47,142 nt of DNA, taken from positions 1 to 47,142 of IMG/VR virus record IMGVR_UViG_3300027790_000008, one strand, 5' to 3'. The notes beneath the pieces were generated by a model, which saw nothing but the letters and a program-made list of their open reading frames with translations, was not told the origin of the DNA and ran no database searches. The translations under genes and the position numbers were made by a program. Below, one piece after another: positions 1-10,169 of the stretch. Numbering within the stretch: the first letter of the stretch is position 1; each line of letters begins with the position of its first letter. The stretch comes from a virus. Taxonomy: Duplodnaviria > Caudoviricetes.

Positions 1-127
1 CGACGATGAAAGTCGTGAGGTCTTGCGGCAGGAGATCGACTTCCTGCGCGAAAAGGCCCGCCAGATGGATGCCACCGCGCATTCCACCGGCCGCGAAAAG
101 GCGCTTGGGGACATCGTGCAAGACGTC
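1..127 (+). repeat. Terminal direct repeat, copy 1 (assembly circularisation overlap)
   Basis: 1-127 identical to 47016-47142; 127 is a common assembler k-mer; lies mid-CDS. Confidence 0.95.
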
Positions 128-3100
128 ATGAAAATTCAGGGACTTAACTCTGAAATCGCCGCGCTTCCTATCAACCCGGCTGCTAAGGCTGTGGGTGAAG
201 CAGAGACTTTCGGAGAGGGCTTTGACGCGGCTTTGGACGATCCTCTCGGGGTGTTGCGGACGTTTGGTCTTCGCAGTCTCCCGGCCTCTGCCCCCTCGAT
301 CGCTGGTGCCATAGCGGGGCAATTCCTTGGCGGTCCGATTGGCGCCGCCCTCATGTCAGGAGCGGCAGGCCACCAGACCGAAATGCAACTGGCAATGTCA
401 GACGGCATCATGCGGGAATTGGCTGATGCTGGCGTGGACGTGAAGTCGCCAGATGCAGTAGCCGCCTACTTGAACAGCAACGAGGCGGTTCTTGGCGACG
501 TGATCGAACGCGCTCTTGTTCGGGCCGGGGTTATCTCTGCCGCCGATGCCGCCACCGCAGGGATTGCCGGTAAGGTGGTTGCCTTGGCCCGCAACTCGGG
601 ACGCACCGCGCGGGCAGGAACCGCAGCCGCAGTCGGCACCACCATTGAGCCGATTGGAGAAATGGCGGGTGAGGCCGGGGCGCAGATCGCGTCCGGGGAA
701 AGCATCCAGCCTGGCGAGGTTCTGGCAGAAGGTATTGGCGGGGTCAGTCAAGGTGGTCCGACCGCTCTTGCTCAGACGGTTGCAGAAGGCGCCCGGAATG
801 CCCCCAAGGCACAGGCGTTCAAGGACTTCGCAAAGCAGATCGACCAGACGCTTGTGGCGCCCGCAACGCTTGGTGACGTCATTCAGCAACTATCGACGCC
901 GCAGGACACTCCTATTCCGCGCCCCGCGCCGCCCCAGCAACCGGTAGCGCCAGAGGCTGACGCGCCACCCGTGCCGGATCAACCCGTTGCGCCCGCCGTG
1001 TCCACGCAAAAGCAGGAGGAAGCCCCAGATGACGAAGCGTCGGCGCCTTTCGTACCGGAGCAAAATCAGCCACCGGAGAGTTCCGCACCAATACCGGATT
1101 GGGATGCGTCTGTTCGCGAGAACCCGACACTTCGCCTCAAGCGTCCGCTGACCCGCGCAATCATAGGTAAAAAAGGCATCAGGTGGCGGGAGGCATCCGG
1201 CCCGCGCAGGGGAGAGCTAACTCCGCTTGCAAGCGAATTTAAACACAGGGGCATCACGCCACAGACCTATCCGGGGATTTTCTCCCCGCGCGGCGCGGCT
1301 GATATTGACAATATCGTGTATTCCGAGGTTTTCGATACACCGGGCGTCCTGCCGGAAGAAAATGGGTACATTGATCGTGATGCGCTTATCGATGCTCTGG
1401 TTGGGGAAATCGAAGGGCGCCAGCCGTTCTTCACAAGGCAGTCAGATCGTCAGGCATACGAGGACTATAACCGGCAGCTTGCGGATGCTTACCGTACATA
1501 TCAGGCCGGCGAGGCCCCTTTAGATATTGTCATCCCCAACTTCTGGCGCTCCGAAATTGGGCGGAAAGAAGATGATTTTGGCGATTTCTTCGACGCGGAT
1601 TATGATCGCCAGTATGAAGTCCAGAAGGGAGTAGACGCCGCGCTGGCAGTCATCGACCCGGACCAGACATTGACGCCACATCACCGAAACGCGATGATCG
1701 CGGACATTTTCGAGAATGGCGGCGACTTCGAAGAAGCCGTACTACGGATGATGTTCGCGGAAATGCGCAGCATGGAGGAATCCCAGAATGCTACCCGAAC
1801 GCAGGAAACAGATGGCGGAATACAGGGCGAGAGCGCAGAAGGTGCTGGACAACCCGCAATCCAGCGCGGCGCAGAAAGCGTCGGCCCGTCGGGTAATCAG
1901 CCTGGCAACCGGGCTAGAGCAGGCACCAAGGAAGGCGGCGCAATCGACGTCACCGACGAAGGCGACCAGCAAGTAATTCCCGGCGCCGAAAAGATCACGG
2001 ACAAGGATCTCGCTCAACGAAAGATGGACGAACCCAAGCGGGGGGGCGATGCAGCACCGCCGGAAGGTGGTTTGTTCGATGACGACGAGCGAAACCAGAC
2101 CAGCCTGTTTGAAAGGGGTAACGATGTTCCAAGTGGAGATAGCGTACCTAAAGGAGAGCGGTCAGGTGACGGCGGGCGAAGCGTCGGATCTGAGCAAGAT
2201 GCTGAACAGCGAGGAAAGTCAGCAAGTCGAAAAGGGGGATCAACTGTTCGTCCCGATGCAACTTCTGATGCTGATGGTGGTGGCGCCGGAGAACAGACTT
2301 CCCTGCTAGATGCGGGGCGGATTGGCCGTCGCCCGCCCGGACGCCTTGGCCCGTCTTTCCTGAAATTCTCTTTCAACAACAGGACTTCCGTGTATCAGGC
2401 GGCGCTTGCGGATGCGGGCATTGACCCTGAAAAGGCGCGATTGATGCCGCCCGATCAGCAGACGCCGAAGATCGCCAAGATGATTGAGGACAAGTTTGGC
2501 GTGAAGGTCGAATTGCCGAAAATCAAGGTGAAGCGAAAGAACCGCTTTGGCCGCACCGTGGTCGAAAGTCGCACGTCAATTTCCAGCCGCGAGGCACTGG
2601 ACCAGCTTCTCGACGCCTATCAGAACATGACGATGCTGGCCTCTGTCATGGGTATCCCGGAATACGCCATTGGTCTGCCGATCGATGGCAAGGGCATCAC
2701 CCTGTCTCTGGTCTCGAAAAACGCGCTCCGGGGCGCGCTTGGCATGTTTTCGTGGGGCAGCAGTCGCAAGATTATCCTGCCGGGCCGATCCAACAGTTTC
2801 GCCCATGAGTGGGGCCATGCGCTTGATCACTACCTGAACAACATGGTGGACAACCCGACGTTCACGGACCTTCTGACGCAGAACATGGATAAGAAGGGTC
2901 TGGTCCAGCCGCTCTCCCCGCGCCGTCTGGTGACGGAGGCGTTTGCGCATGTCATGTGGTCGATGTTCGGTGACGGCATGACGGTCAACGCGCTCGTGTT
3001 GGAATTGCAGGTGCAGTCGGCAGAGTTGGGCGCGGATGGCAAACCGACGAAGAAAGCCAAGGACGCTCAGAGGCTTCTGACGGATATGCGGGAAGGGCGC

Positions 3101-6100
3101 CGCCCGCCCGAGCGCCTTCTGTCGAAATACTTCAAGAGTTCCAAGGAATTTGATGATCTGTACGGCGGCGGCGGGTATTTCACGGACCCGGCTGAAATGT
3201 TCGCCCGAGCATTCGAGGCATGGGTAGGGCGCTCCGTTGCGCAGATTTCCGATCTGCCACAGAGTTTCCTGTCAAAAGGTCAGTGGGCGTATGACAGCGA
3301 CCACGAAGACCGTCTTGCGATGACCTTCCCCAAGGACACGGACGCCGATCAATTTTCTATTGCGATGACGCGACTTTCCCAGGCCATACGGTCAACGAAC
3401 CTGTTTGGCCCGGATGCGGCCCCCAAGGCTCCAACCGATGTGGCGACGTTCGACAACAACGACCTTCTGCGGCGGGCAAAGCGCCCAGGCGCGGTGGCGC
3501 AGGAAGTGGAGGAATACAGGAAGTTCCGCAATCGGCTGCACAGCATGATCGACGCCGCTATTTCCGCGGAAACGTGGCGCAAGAAGGGGCGCGGCATTCG
3601 CCGGGTTTACCAGACGTTCATCAACACGCAGGGCGAGGCCATGAAGGCAATCGCCAACCGTCAGGAAAGTGCTGCGGCCCGACGCGCCCTGCACAATATC
3701 CGAAAGCAGGTTGCGAAAGATCCGGGGTCAGGGGAGGCCACCGGGGCGATCTATCAGGAAGAAGTGGAAATGTCGGCCAAGCGTCGGGTGCAGAAGGTGC
3801 GTGGGGCCATTCGGAAGCGGTTCGGGGCGAAGTATCTGACCGACACCGATCTTCGCATTGTTCGTGGCCTTCTGGTTGGCGAGAAGCCGGATGGAACAAC
3901 TGCCCAGCATGAGAATCTGGCCGGTGACTTGCGCGGTATCCTGAATGAAATTTGGTATGACCTGAAAAACGCCGGTGTGAGTGTCGGCTACCAGGCGGAC
4001 TATCTGCCTCATATTCTGGACACGGAGCGGGTGGATGCGGACCAGGACGGGTTCAAGGTCAAAGCCGCCGAAGTCTATGGGCTCTTGTTTGACCGGGAGA
4101 TTGTCGAGAGCGATGATCCTGACACGCAGGGCGCAGACATTAACGCGGTGATCCGTGGTCTACGCCGCGCCTTTCAATCCATGCCGGATGGCGAGCGCGA
4201 GGCCCAGCCGCGTCTGAGTGAAACCGACGAAGCCATGATTACGACCTATCGGGAAACCCGTAAGCGGGTGAAGGACTTGCAGCGGCGGCAGGCCAAGAGC
4301 GAAGACCCGGACAAGTACGAAGACAAGATAGCGGCGGCAATCGAAGACCACGAAACCGCCAAGGCTGAAATGCTGGACATGCTGCGCGACCGGTATTCGG
4401 ATCATGCTGCGGAGAAGTGGTTTATCAAGATGGGGGTCGGGCAGATCAATGACTTCGGCACCATCGGCCCGGCGTCGGCATTCCTTGAGGGGCGGACGCT
4501 TCCCAAGGAAACCGGGAGCATCATGGCCGGGTTCATGCAGGAAGACCCAATCGAGATGATTCAGGGCTATTCCTTTGCGGCCGCCAGGATCGCGGAATAT
4601 GCCAAGCGGTTCGGGGCCGATCACTCCAAGCTGGAAACCATGCTGAGCGCGGCGCGGGATGCGGGCGTGAGCAAGGAAGACATTGATGCCATGAAGGAAA
4701 TGATCAACGGCGCGACCGGGCGAATGGAAGCGTCGTCGGTTGGGTACAAGAAGTTCGCCACGTTCTTCTTTACGATCGGCACCTTGGGACTTCTCACGTT
4801 CGCCACGTTCACGTCGCTGGTCGAGAGCATGGTTGCAGGGATGCGGACGGGGCGCACCAGAGACTCGTTCAACGGGATCATCCAGAACGTCGATACGCTG
4901 GTTCGGAAGGGCAAGCGCGAGGAACTGATTTCCCTTGCCAACACCATTGGCCTGATTGCCCCGCACTCGATGGAAACCGTGATGGAAAACCGGATGGGCG
5001 CGGATGCTCTGGACATTTCCCCGGCCTCACAGCGGGCGGTTCAGAGGTTCTTTGTTATCAATGGCTTGACCCCGTTGACGAACTTTCAGCGGGTTTCGAT
5101 GCAGCCAATCGCGCACTCGTTCATCCTGTCTTTGTTGCGGGAGGTTCAGGGCGGCAGGCGTTCGGTCAATTCGGCGCTCCGGGATCAGGTTGCCGGTGAG
5201 CGCGATGGGTTTGCCAAGGGCGAATTGAATGAACTCGGGATTTCCAAGGCTGACAGGGCTGACCTTCTGGAATGGCTCGAAAGTCTGGACGGAATGCCGA
5301 AGATGGAGGATCTGTTTGCCCCCAATGGCGACATGCACCCGGCGGGCGAGATTTATTCCCGCGCAATCAATCGCTTGGTGAATGAGATTATTCAGAACCC
5401 GCTCAAGACCGATCGCGCTGTTATGGCAAACCACCCGGATCATGCGGCCAAGTACGGCATCATGTCGTTCATCGACGCCTTCACCCGGAATATCCTTCTG
5501 CGCAACCTCAAGCGGGGCGTGAAGGACACCGATAGTCTTGGTGTTCGTGGTGTGAAGCGGAGCGCGAACGTCGCTCTGGCAATGGCCCCATATGCGGCGC
5601 TTTTGGGCGGGCACGTCCTGACCACAATTCTGCGTGAGGCGCTTCTGAATCAGGACAGGTGGGAGGAAAAGCGCGAGGAAGGTGAGCTTGAGGAATGGCT
5701 GTTCGAGCGGGCGTTTGCCAGAACTGGCGTCCTTGGGCGGCTTGATCCTTTGGTTCAGCTTGTTGTAGGCATCAAATACGAGCGCGATCTGACCACGGTA
5801 ACGGCTGGTCCGTACCTCGGGTACTTCCTGCAACAGATGTTTGTTACGGGTAAAGCCCTCATGTCTGGCTATCGCAATTCGAAAAACACCAACACGACGG
5901 AATATAATGCTGTTCGGGCAGCCTATCGTCTGATGATCCAGCCCGCGCTTGCTTTTGGTATCTCGTCGCTTGGCCCTGCTGGCCCAGCCTCGCAATGGAT
6001 TTCCCGCGGGCTTCTGTATTCCGTCAGCAAGCACGACACGTCCGCCAAGTTCGCAGATACCCTTGTCGGGGAAAAGGGATTGAAACATCGCGGAGACCCG

Positions 6101-6136
6101 CCGTGGTGGGAGACAGGCGACGGTCTGTTCCAATAG
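23..6136 (+). CDS. Giant internal virion (ejection) / large polyvalent protein, 3' part; true start at 46564, ~2195 aa total; zincin-like HExxH plus LPD1-like domain
   Basis: In frame with ATG 46564 across the circular join; motifs SFAHEWGHALDHY and YFTDPAEMFARAFEAWV; last and largest gene of the ejection-protein cluster. Confidence 0.8.
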   Translation: MRQEIDFLREKARQMDATAHSTGREKALGDIVQDVMKIQGLNSEIAALPINPAAKAVGEAETFGEGFDAALDDPLGVLRTFGLRSLPASAPSIAGAIAGQFLGGPIGAALMSGAAGHQTEMQLAMSDGIMRELADAGVDVKSPDAVAAYLNSNEAVLGDVIERALVRAGVISAADAATAGIAGKVVALARNSGRTARAGTAAAVGTTIEPIGEMAGEAGAQIASGESIQPGEVLAEGIGGVSQGGPTALAQTVAEGARNAPKAQAFKDFAKQIDQTLVAPATLGDVIQQLSTPQDTPIPRPAPPQQPVAPEADAPPVPDQPVAPAVSTQKQEEAPDDEASAPFVPEQNQPPESSAPIPDWDASVRENPTLRLKRPLTRAIIGKKGIRWREASGPRRGELTPLASEFKHRGITPQTYPGIFSPRGAADIDNIVYSEVFDTPGVLPEENGYIDRDALIDALVGEIEGRQPFFTRQSDRQAYEDYNRQLADAYRTYQAGEAPLDIVIPNFWRSEIGRKEDDFGDFFDADYDRQYEVQKGVDAALAVIDPDQTLTPHHRNAMIADIFENGGDFEEAVLRMMFAEMRSMEESQNATRTQETDGGIQGESAEGAGQPAIQRGAESVGPSGNQPGNRARAGTKEGGAIDVTDEGDQQVIPGAEKITDKDLAQRKMDEPKRGGDAAPPEGGLFDDDERNQTSLFERGNDVPSGDSVPKGERSGDGGRSVGSEQDAEQRGKSASRKGGSTVRPDATSDADGGGAGEQTSLLDAGRIGRRPPGRLGPSFLKFSFNNRTSVYQAALADAGIDPEKARLMPPDQQTPKIAKMIEDKFGVKVELPKIKVKRKNRFGRTVVESRTSISSREALDQLLDAYQNMTMLASVMGIPEYAIGLPIDGKGITLSLVSKNALRGALGMFSWGSSRKIILPGRSNSFAHEWGHALDHYLNNMVDNPTFTDLLTQNMDKKGLVQPLSPRRLVTEAFAHVMWSMFGDGMTVNALVLELQVQSAELGADGKPTKKAKDAQRLLTDMREGRRPPERLLSKYFKSSKEFDDLYGGGGYFTDPAEMFARAFEAWVGRSVAQISDLPQSFLSKGQWAYDSDHEDRLAMTFPKDTDADQFSIAMTRLSQAIRSTNLFGPDAAPKAPTDVATFDNNDLLRRAKRPGAVAQEVEEYRKFRNRLHSMIDAAISAETWRKKGRGIRRVYQTFINTQGEAMKAIANRQESAAARRALHNIRKQVAKDPGSGEATGAIYQEEVEMSAKRRVQKVRGAIRKRFGAKYLTDTDLRIVRGLLVGEKPDGTTAQHENLAGDLRGILNEIWYDLKNAGVSVGYQADYLPHILDTERVDADQDGFKVKAAEVYGLLFDREIVESDDPDTQGADINAVIRGLRRAFQSMPDGEREAQPRLSETDEAMITTYRETRKRVKDLQRRQAKSEDPDKYEDKIAAAIEDHETAKAEMLDMLRDRYSDHAAEKWFIKMGVGQINDFGTIGPASAFLEGRTLPKETGSIMAGFMQEDPIEMIQGYSFAAARIAEYAKRFGADHSKLETMLSAARDAGVSKEDIDAMKEMINGATGRMEASSVGYKKFATFFFTIGTLGLLTFATFTSLVESMVAGMRTGRTRDSFNGIIQNVDTLVRKGKREELISLANTIGLIAPHSMETVMENRMGADALDISPASQRAVQRFFVINGLTPLTNFQRVSMQPIAHSFILSLLREVQGGRRSVNSALRDQVAGERDGFAKGELNELGISKADRADLLEWLESLDGMPKMEDLFAPNGDMHPAGEIYSRAINRLVNEIIQNPLKTDRAVMANHPDHAAKYGIMSFIDAFTRNILLRNLKRGVKDTDSLGVRGVKRSANVALAMAPYAALLGGHVLTTILREALLNQDRWEEKREEGELEEWLFERAFARTGVLGRLDPLVQLVVGIKYERDLTTVTAGPYLGYFLQQMFVTGKALMSGYRNSKNTNTTEYNAVRAAYRLMIQPALAFGISSLGPAGPASQWISRGLLYSVSKHDTSAKFADTLVGEKGLKHRGDPPWWETGDGLFQ

Positions 6137-6144
6137 TGGCCTGA

Positions 6145-6159
6145 TTGGTGTTTTTGGTG
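6145..6159 (+). promoter_or_regulatory. Phage-specific motif TTGGTGTTTTTGGTG upstream of virion gene 6196
   Basis: Exact 15-mer also at 22918, 36364 and 38434, always at or near a gene boundary just upstream of a gene start and followed by a -10-like hexamer. Confidence 0.7.
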
Positions 6160-6195
6160 TATTAAAGGGCACCATCAACTCAAGGAGGGCCAATA

Positions 6196-7089
6196 ATGGC
6201 AACTTTCGATACTGTGGAAATGGTGCTGGCGTCGTCCGTTGCTGACGCAGGCACCTTCAACGTCTCGTATCCGGACAACCGGAATGCAGGCGATTACACT
6301 GGCGGCAGCAACCACGGCGTTGTGAGTAATCGCTACGGAGAACTCGACGCTCGGGCCGGGGAAGTTTCTTTCTCGTTCGGGGCATCGAATATCACCGTCA
6401 CCAACAATTCTGGACAGACCCTTGCCGCCGGCGAAACCATTTTCGTCCAGCTTGATCGGCTGGGCGCAGACATGGAAACCAATGCCCTTGCGCACCCGGA
6501 AAGCATGGCGCACACCCATGTAGTGACCATCAACCTTGGTGCGCCTGATACGGCCGACGTTGACGGGATCTTCGCGGCATACACCGGATCGACACCGGCG
6601 CTGGACGGCGCTCTGGTCTCTGGCGGGGTGGCGACACTGGATGTTCCGCGCAATATCGTCGTGGATTCCGGTGGAGCAGATACGGCCGTCCTGACCTTCA
6701 CCGGAACCGACGTGCACGGGGCGACCGTGGTCGAAAGCATCACCCTGAACGGCATTACCGCCGTTGCCGGGAAGAAAGCCTTCAAGACCATCACGGGCGT
6801 ATCGTCCAGTGGCGCGATTGCCAATGGCGCGTTTGCTGGTCCGGGCGATGTTCTCGGTTTGCCTGTGTTCTTGCCGCAGGTTGGTCAGGTGCTTGCCGAG
6901 TTGGAAGATGGCGCCGCAGCCACCGCAGGAACCGTTGTTGCCGGGGCGACAGCCGTTGCGACCGCCACGACCGGCGATGTGCGCGGCACCTACGATCCGA
7001 ACAGTGCCGCGGATGGCTCCAAGTCGTTCCAACTTGTCGTGGCCCTGGGCGACCCGTCGGCCAAAGGCAACAGCCAGTACGCCGGTTAA
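6196..7089 (+). CDS. Virion structural protein (head decoration / cement-like), 297 aa
   Basis: AAGGAGG RBS; Gly/Ala/Thr/Val-rich beta-type composition; followed by a hairpin like the one after the major capsid gene. Confidence 0.6.
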   Translation: MATFDTVEMVLASSVADAGTFNVSYPDNRNAGDYTGGSNHGVVSNRYGELDARAGEVSFSFGASNITVTNNSGQTLAAGETIFVQLDRLGADMETNALAHPESMAHTHVVTINLGAPDTADVDGIFAAYTGSTPALDGALVSGGVATLDVPRNIVVDSGGADTAVLTFTGTDVHGATVVESITLNGITAVAGKKAFKTITGVSSSGAIANGAFAGPGDVLGLPVFLPQVGQVLAELEDGAAATAGTVVAGATAVATATTGDVRGTYDPNSAADGSKSFQLVVALGDPSAKGNSQYAG

Positions 7090-7096
7090 CGCAAAT

Positions 7097-7124
7097 GGGC
7101 GGGGCTTCGGTCCCGCCCGTCTTC
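7097..7124 (+). terminator. Hairpin / probable intrinsic terminator
   Basis: GGGCGGGGC-TTCG-GTCCCGCCC stem-loop followed by a short pyrimidine tract. Confidence 0.55.
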
Positions 7125-7143
7125 TACACATGGATGGCATCAG

Positions 7144-10056
7144 ATGGCTCTCTCAATTAACGACACCCGGTATTTTGCGGTAAGCGTTTTTCTTGCCGAA
7201 GACATCGCCAACGGGGGCACCCTTGTTCTGGATTATCCCTCTGGCGTGACGCAGGACGAATGCCTGCCAGACGGAACGCACTACGCGGAAACCACTCTTT
7301 TTTATAGGTTAAATGCGACAGACGACTTCACTGTTTCATTCGGCGCCTCCAACATCACAGTCACAAATGCCTTTGGTAAAACGTGGCCCGCCGGCATGAA
7401 AATGGACTTCGGGTTCGATCTGCGCGGGTTTAACCAGGACATTCTTGGTGTTGGCGACGGCGGAACAGGGTCTCGGACGGCGGCGGGTGCGGCCGCTGCA
7501 TTGAGGTTTGATCTGAGGTTTGACACAAGGGCAGCCGCAGAGGCAGGCACGACAGGAGCGGCGCAATATATCAAGGTCGGACCTTATCTGTACATTTATT
7601 CCGCGACCGGCACCGCATTGACCACTGGCGACGGGCGCACATGGTCGCCAGTTGCCGAAGGCAACACCATCTCGGTCCTGCATTGGGCGGAAAACACTGC
7701 CCCCGGCACCACAGATTTGACGGCAGCGGCGCAAAGCGCGATCGAATTTGCAAACGAACACGGGCTGAAGGTTGTCGGGGACGGGGTTGGCACGCCGATA
7801 GCGATCTCGGACACGCTGGTTCTGGGAAGTTCGTCGCATTGGCTGATTTTTGATGACCTGCACTTGCTGGCGATCGGCGGTGTTTGGCCGGACGACAGCG
7901 ACGGGTATTCCAAGCCGATGATTAACGCCGACGGCACGGATGGGGTCGGGTTCGAGAATGTTCTGATCGACTGTGGTTTTGTCGCTTCCGGCGTGTTCGT
8001 GGCCAACCAAGAAGGAAGCTATTTTGGACCGTCCTTTTTGGTCCAGCGCTGGCGGGCGCGGGCCGACGATATGAGCTATGGCGTGCGGACCAAAACCAAG
8101 GCCGGGCAATTGCGCGGTCTGCCTGGGGCGACAGCGCGCCAATACAAATGGGGTGACGCGGGCTTTGATCTCCAGGGGAATCGCACCGGCTATGGCTGGA
8201 AGATGGAAACCGCTGATTTCACACTTACAGATGTCTATGGATATTACACAAAATATCCCGTCCATAAGTCTGGTTTCGGTAGCTGGTCGATTACAAACTT
8301 GCACGCTTTCAACGGGGCTTTAAACACCGTTACTGATACATCTCAAATTTATGCTCTTTACATTGAACATCCTTCAAACGGTCAAGTAAATGGTATTTAT
8401 GCTGATAACGGAACAATTTTTGTTAATGCTGACGATCTTCATAATGGTGGTGCAACACTGACGATCAACGGCGGTGTAAATCATGAAAATGTGAACGGCG
8501 ATAACGATGTTGGTTTGAGATTTAGTACGTCTGTTCAAAACAACAATATGGCCGGTTTGGTCCTTACCGACTTCATCGGTACAGATGCGTCTGCCATTGC
8601 ATTGGATACTACCGGCATTGGCAGTTATACCGATCCTTTGAAAGCCTCAATTGATAACGTCGCTACAAAAAACGGAAGCATTCTAACGGCTCTAGGCGCG
8701 TATTTATCAAAACGTGGCATTTTCAAACTTATCAATGACGGAATGCAATTTTATTCGTCGGGCCTTCAGTTCATTTTTAACTTCAACAAAGGGTTGAAGA
8801 TTAATCTGGATTATGACGGTAATACTGGTAGTGGTGCTGGTAATGATCTGACTGTAACCGTAAACGGTACGACAACTACTTTCGTGTTGCGCGAAAATGA
8901 ACTTCAATTAAACATTCCTGTAAAAATTAATAATGACCTAATCGTGGACACGGATGCCTTATTCGTGGATGCGGTGAACAACAGAGTTGGTGTTAATACA
9001 GCATCTCCGGTGAACTCTTTTCATGTGAGCGGGTCGTCAAGGGTCACGGGTGTTACTTATGCAGAAAGCACAATAGTCAATGATGGAACCTTCTTTTCTG
9101 ACAGCACTAATGACGCGACGAAGGGAATTATTAGGGTTAGGGATAGTGCGGCCAACAACGCAGGCCAGCTCGTCGCGTCAGGCTTTGACGGGGCGGGGGC
9201 TAAGACTACGTGGACTTTCGAAAACACTATTGAGGACGTGGTTTTTGACGTTAACGGGGTAGGCATTGGGCAAACATCTCCGACAGCTAAACTTGATGTC
9301 TCTGAAGCCGCTACGTCCAGACCCCCAATAAGAGGGCGGGCATCCAGCGCTTCTTTCGTCAATTCGGTTCTTGCTACCTCGTGCGGGACCTTAGCATCTT
9401 CTTCGTATTTCTTCATGACTTCGTATAGTTCCGGGGGGGACTTGGAGTTCAGAGTTCGAGGGGACGGAGATGTCGCTGCAGACGGATCGTTTACAGGGGG
9501 TGGAGCGGACTATGCCGAGTATTTCGAATGGGCCGATGGCAACCCGGGCGCCGAAGATCGGCGCGGGCTTTCGGTGGTGCTGGATGGTGACAAGATCCGC
9601 CCGGCGAAATCTGGCGAAACACCGATTGGCGTGATCAGTGCGAACCCCAGTGTGATCGGCGACGGGGATATAGATCGCTGGAAAGGCAAATACCAGCGCG
9701 ACGATTTCTGCCAGCACATCCTTGAAGACTATGACGTGCTGGAATGGGTCGAAGTGGTCACGGAAGAGGTGGACGGGGAAAAGACGTCTCGCGACCTCCC
9801 GCACAGCTATCCCGAGGACGAAATCCCCGAGGGCCTGACACCGCCCAAGGATGCGACCCGCAAGACGCTTCAGCGCCGCAAGCTTGACCCGGCCTATGAT
9901 CCGGCCATGCCCTATATCCCGCGCGCCGAGCGGCCTGAATGGTCCACGGTCGGTCTCATGGGCAAGCTGCGGCTGCGCAAAGGCCAGCCGGTCGACTCTC
10001 GCTGGATCAAGATGCGCGACGTGAGCGCGGGCGTCGAGGAATGGCTTGTGCGGTAG
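7144..10056 (+). CDS. Tail or head spike/fibre with beta-helix-like middle and C-terminal peptidase G2-type autocleavage chaperone domain, 970 aa
   Basis: GTTDLTAAAQSAI beta-helix entry motif; NNRVGVNTASP and GVGIGQTSPTAKLDV fibre motifs; GGADYAEYFEWADGNP...YIPRAERPEWSTVGLMGKL. Confidence 0.8.
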   Translation: MALSINDTRYFAVSVFLAEDIANGGTLVLDYPSGVTQDECLPDGTHYAETTLFYRLNATDDFTVSFGASNITVTNAFGKTWPAGMKMDFGFDLRGFNQDILGVGDGGTGSRTAAGAAAALRFDLRFDTRAAAEAGTTGAAQYIKVGPYLYIYSATGTALTTGDGRTWSPVAEGNTISVLHWAENTAPGTTDLTAAAQSAIEFANEHGLKVVGDGVGTPIAISDTLVLGSSSHWLIFDDLHLLAIGGVWPDDSDGYSKPMINADGTDGVGFENVLIDCGFVASGVFVANQEGSYFGPSFLVQRWRARADDMSYGVRTKTKAGQLRGLPGATARQYKWGDAGFDLQGNRTGYGWKMETADFTLTDVYGYYTKYPVHKSGFGSWSITNLHAFNGALNTVTDTSQIYALYIEHPSNGQVNGIYADNGTIFVNADDLHNGGATLTINGGVNHENVNGDNDVGLRFSTSVQNNNMAGLVLTDFIGTDASAIALDTTGIGSYTDPLKASIDNVATKNGSILTALGAYLSKRGIFKLINDGMQFYSSGLQFIFNFNKGLKINLDYDGNTGSGAGNDLTVTVNGTTTTFVLRENELQLNIPVKINNDLIVDTDALFVDAVNNRVGVNTASPVNSFHVSGSSRVTGVTYAESTIVNDGTFFSDSTNDATKGIIRVRDSAANNAGQLVASGFDGAGAKTTWTFENTIEDVVFDVNGVGIGQTSPTAKLDVSEAATSRPPIRGRASSASFVNSVLATSCGTLASSSYFFMTSYSSGGDLEFRVRGDGDVAADGSFTGGGADYAEYFEWADGNPGAEDRRGLSVVLDGDKIRPAKSGETPIGVISANPSVIGDGDIDRWKGKYQRDDFCQHILEDYDVLEWVEVVTEEVDGEKTSRDLPHSYPEDEIPEGLTPPKDATRKTLQRRKLDPAYDPAMPYIPRAERPEWSTVGLMGKLRLRKGQPVDSRWIKMRDVSAGVEEWLVR

Positions 10057-10169
10057 CGGCGCGCGCCAAGCTGAAGATCACAGGCAAAATGGCCCGCTTC
10101 TGGGCCTGAGCAACCCCGACCGGGCGGCGGGATAGGCCCATGACCCCGGCAAAGCGAAAGTAAAAGTCG

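Noticed and set aside
4160-8304. Several 268-391-aa minus-strand ORFs
   Set aside because: Shadows of the giant protein, decoration and spike genes; no RBS or motif support.
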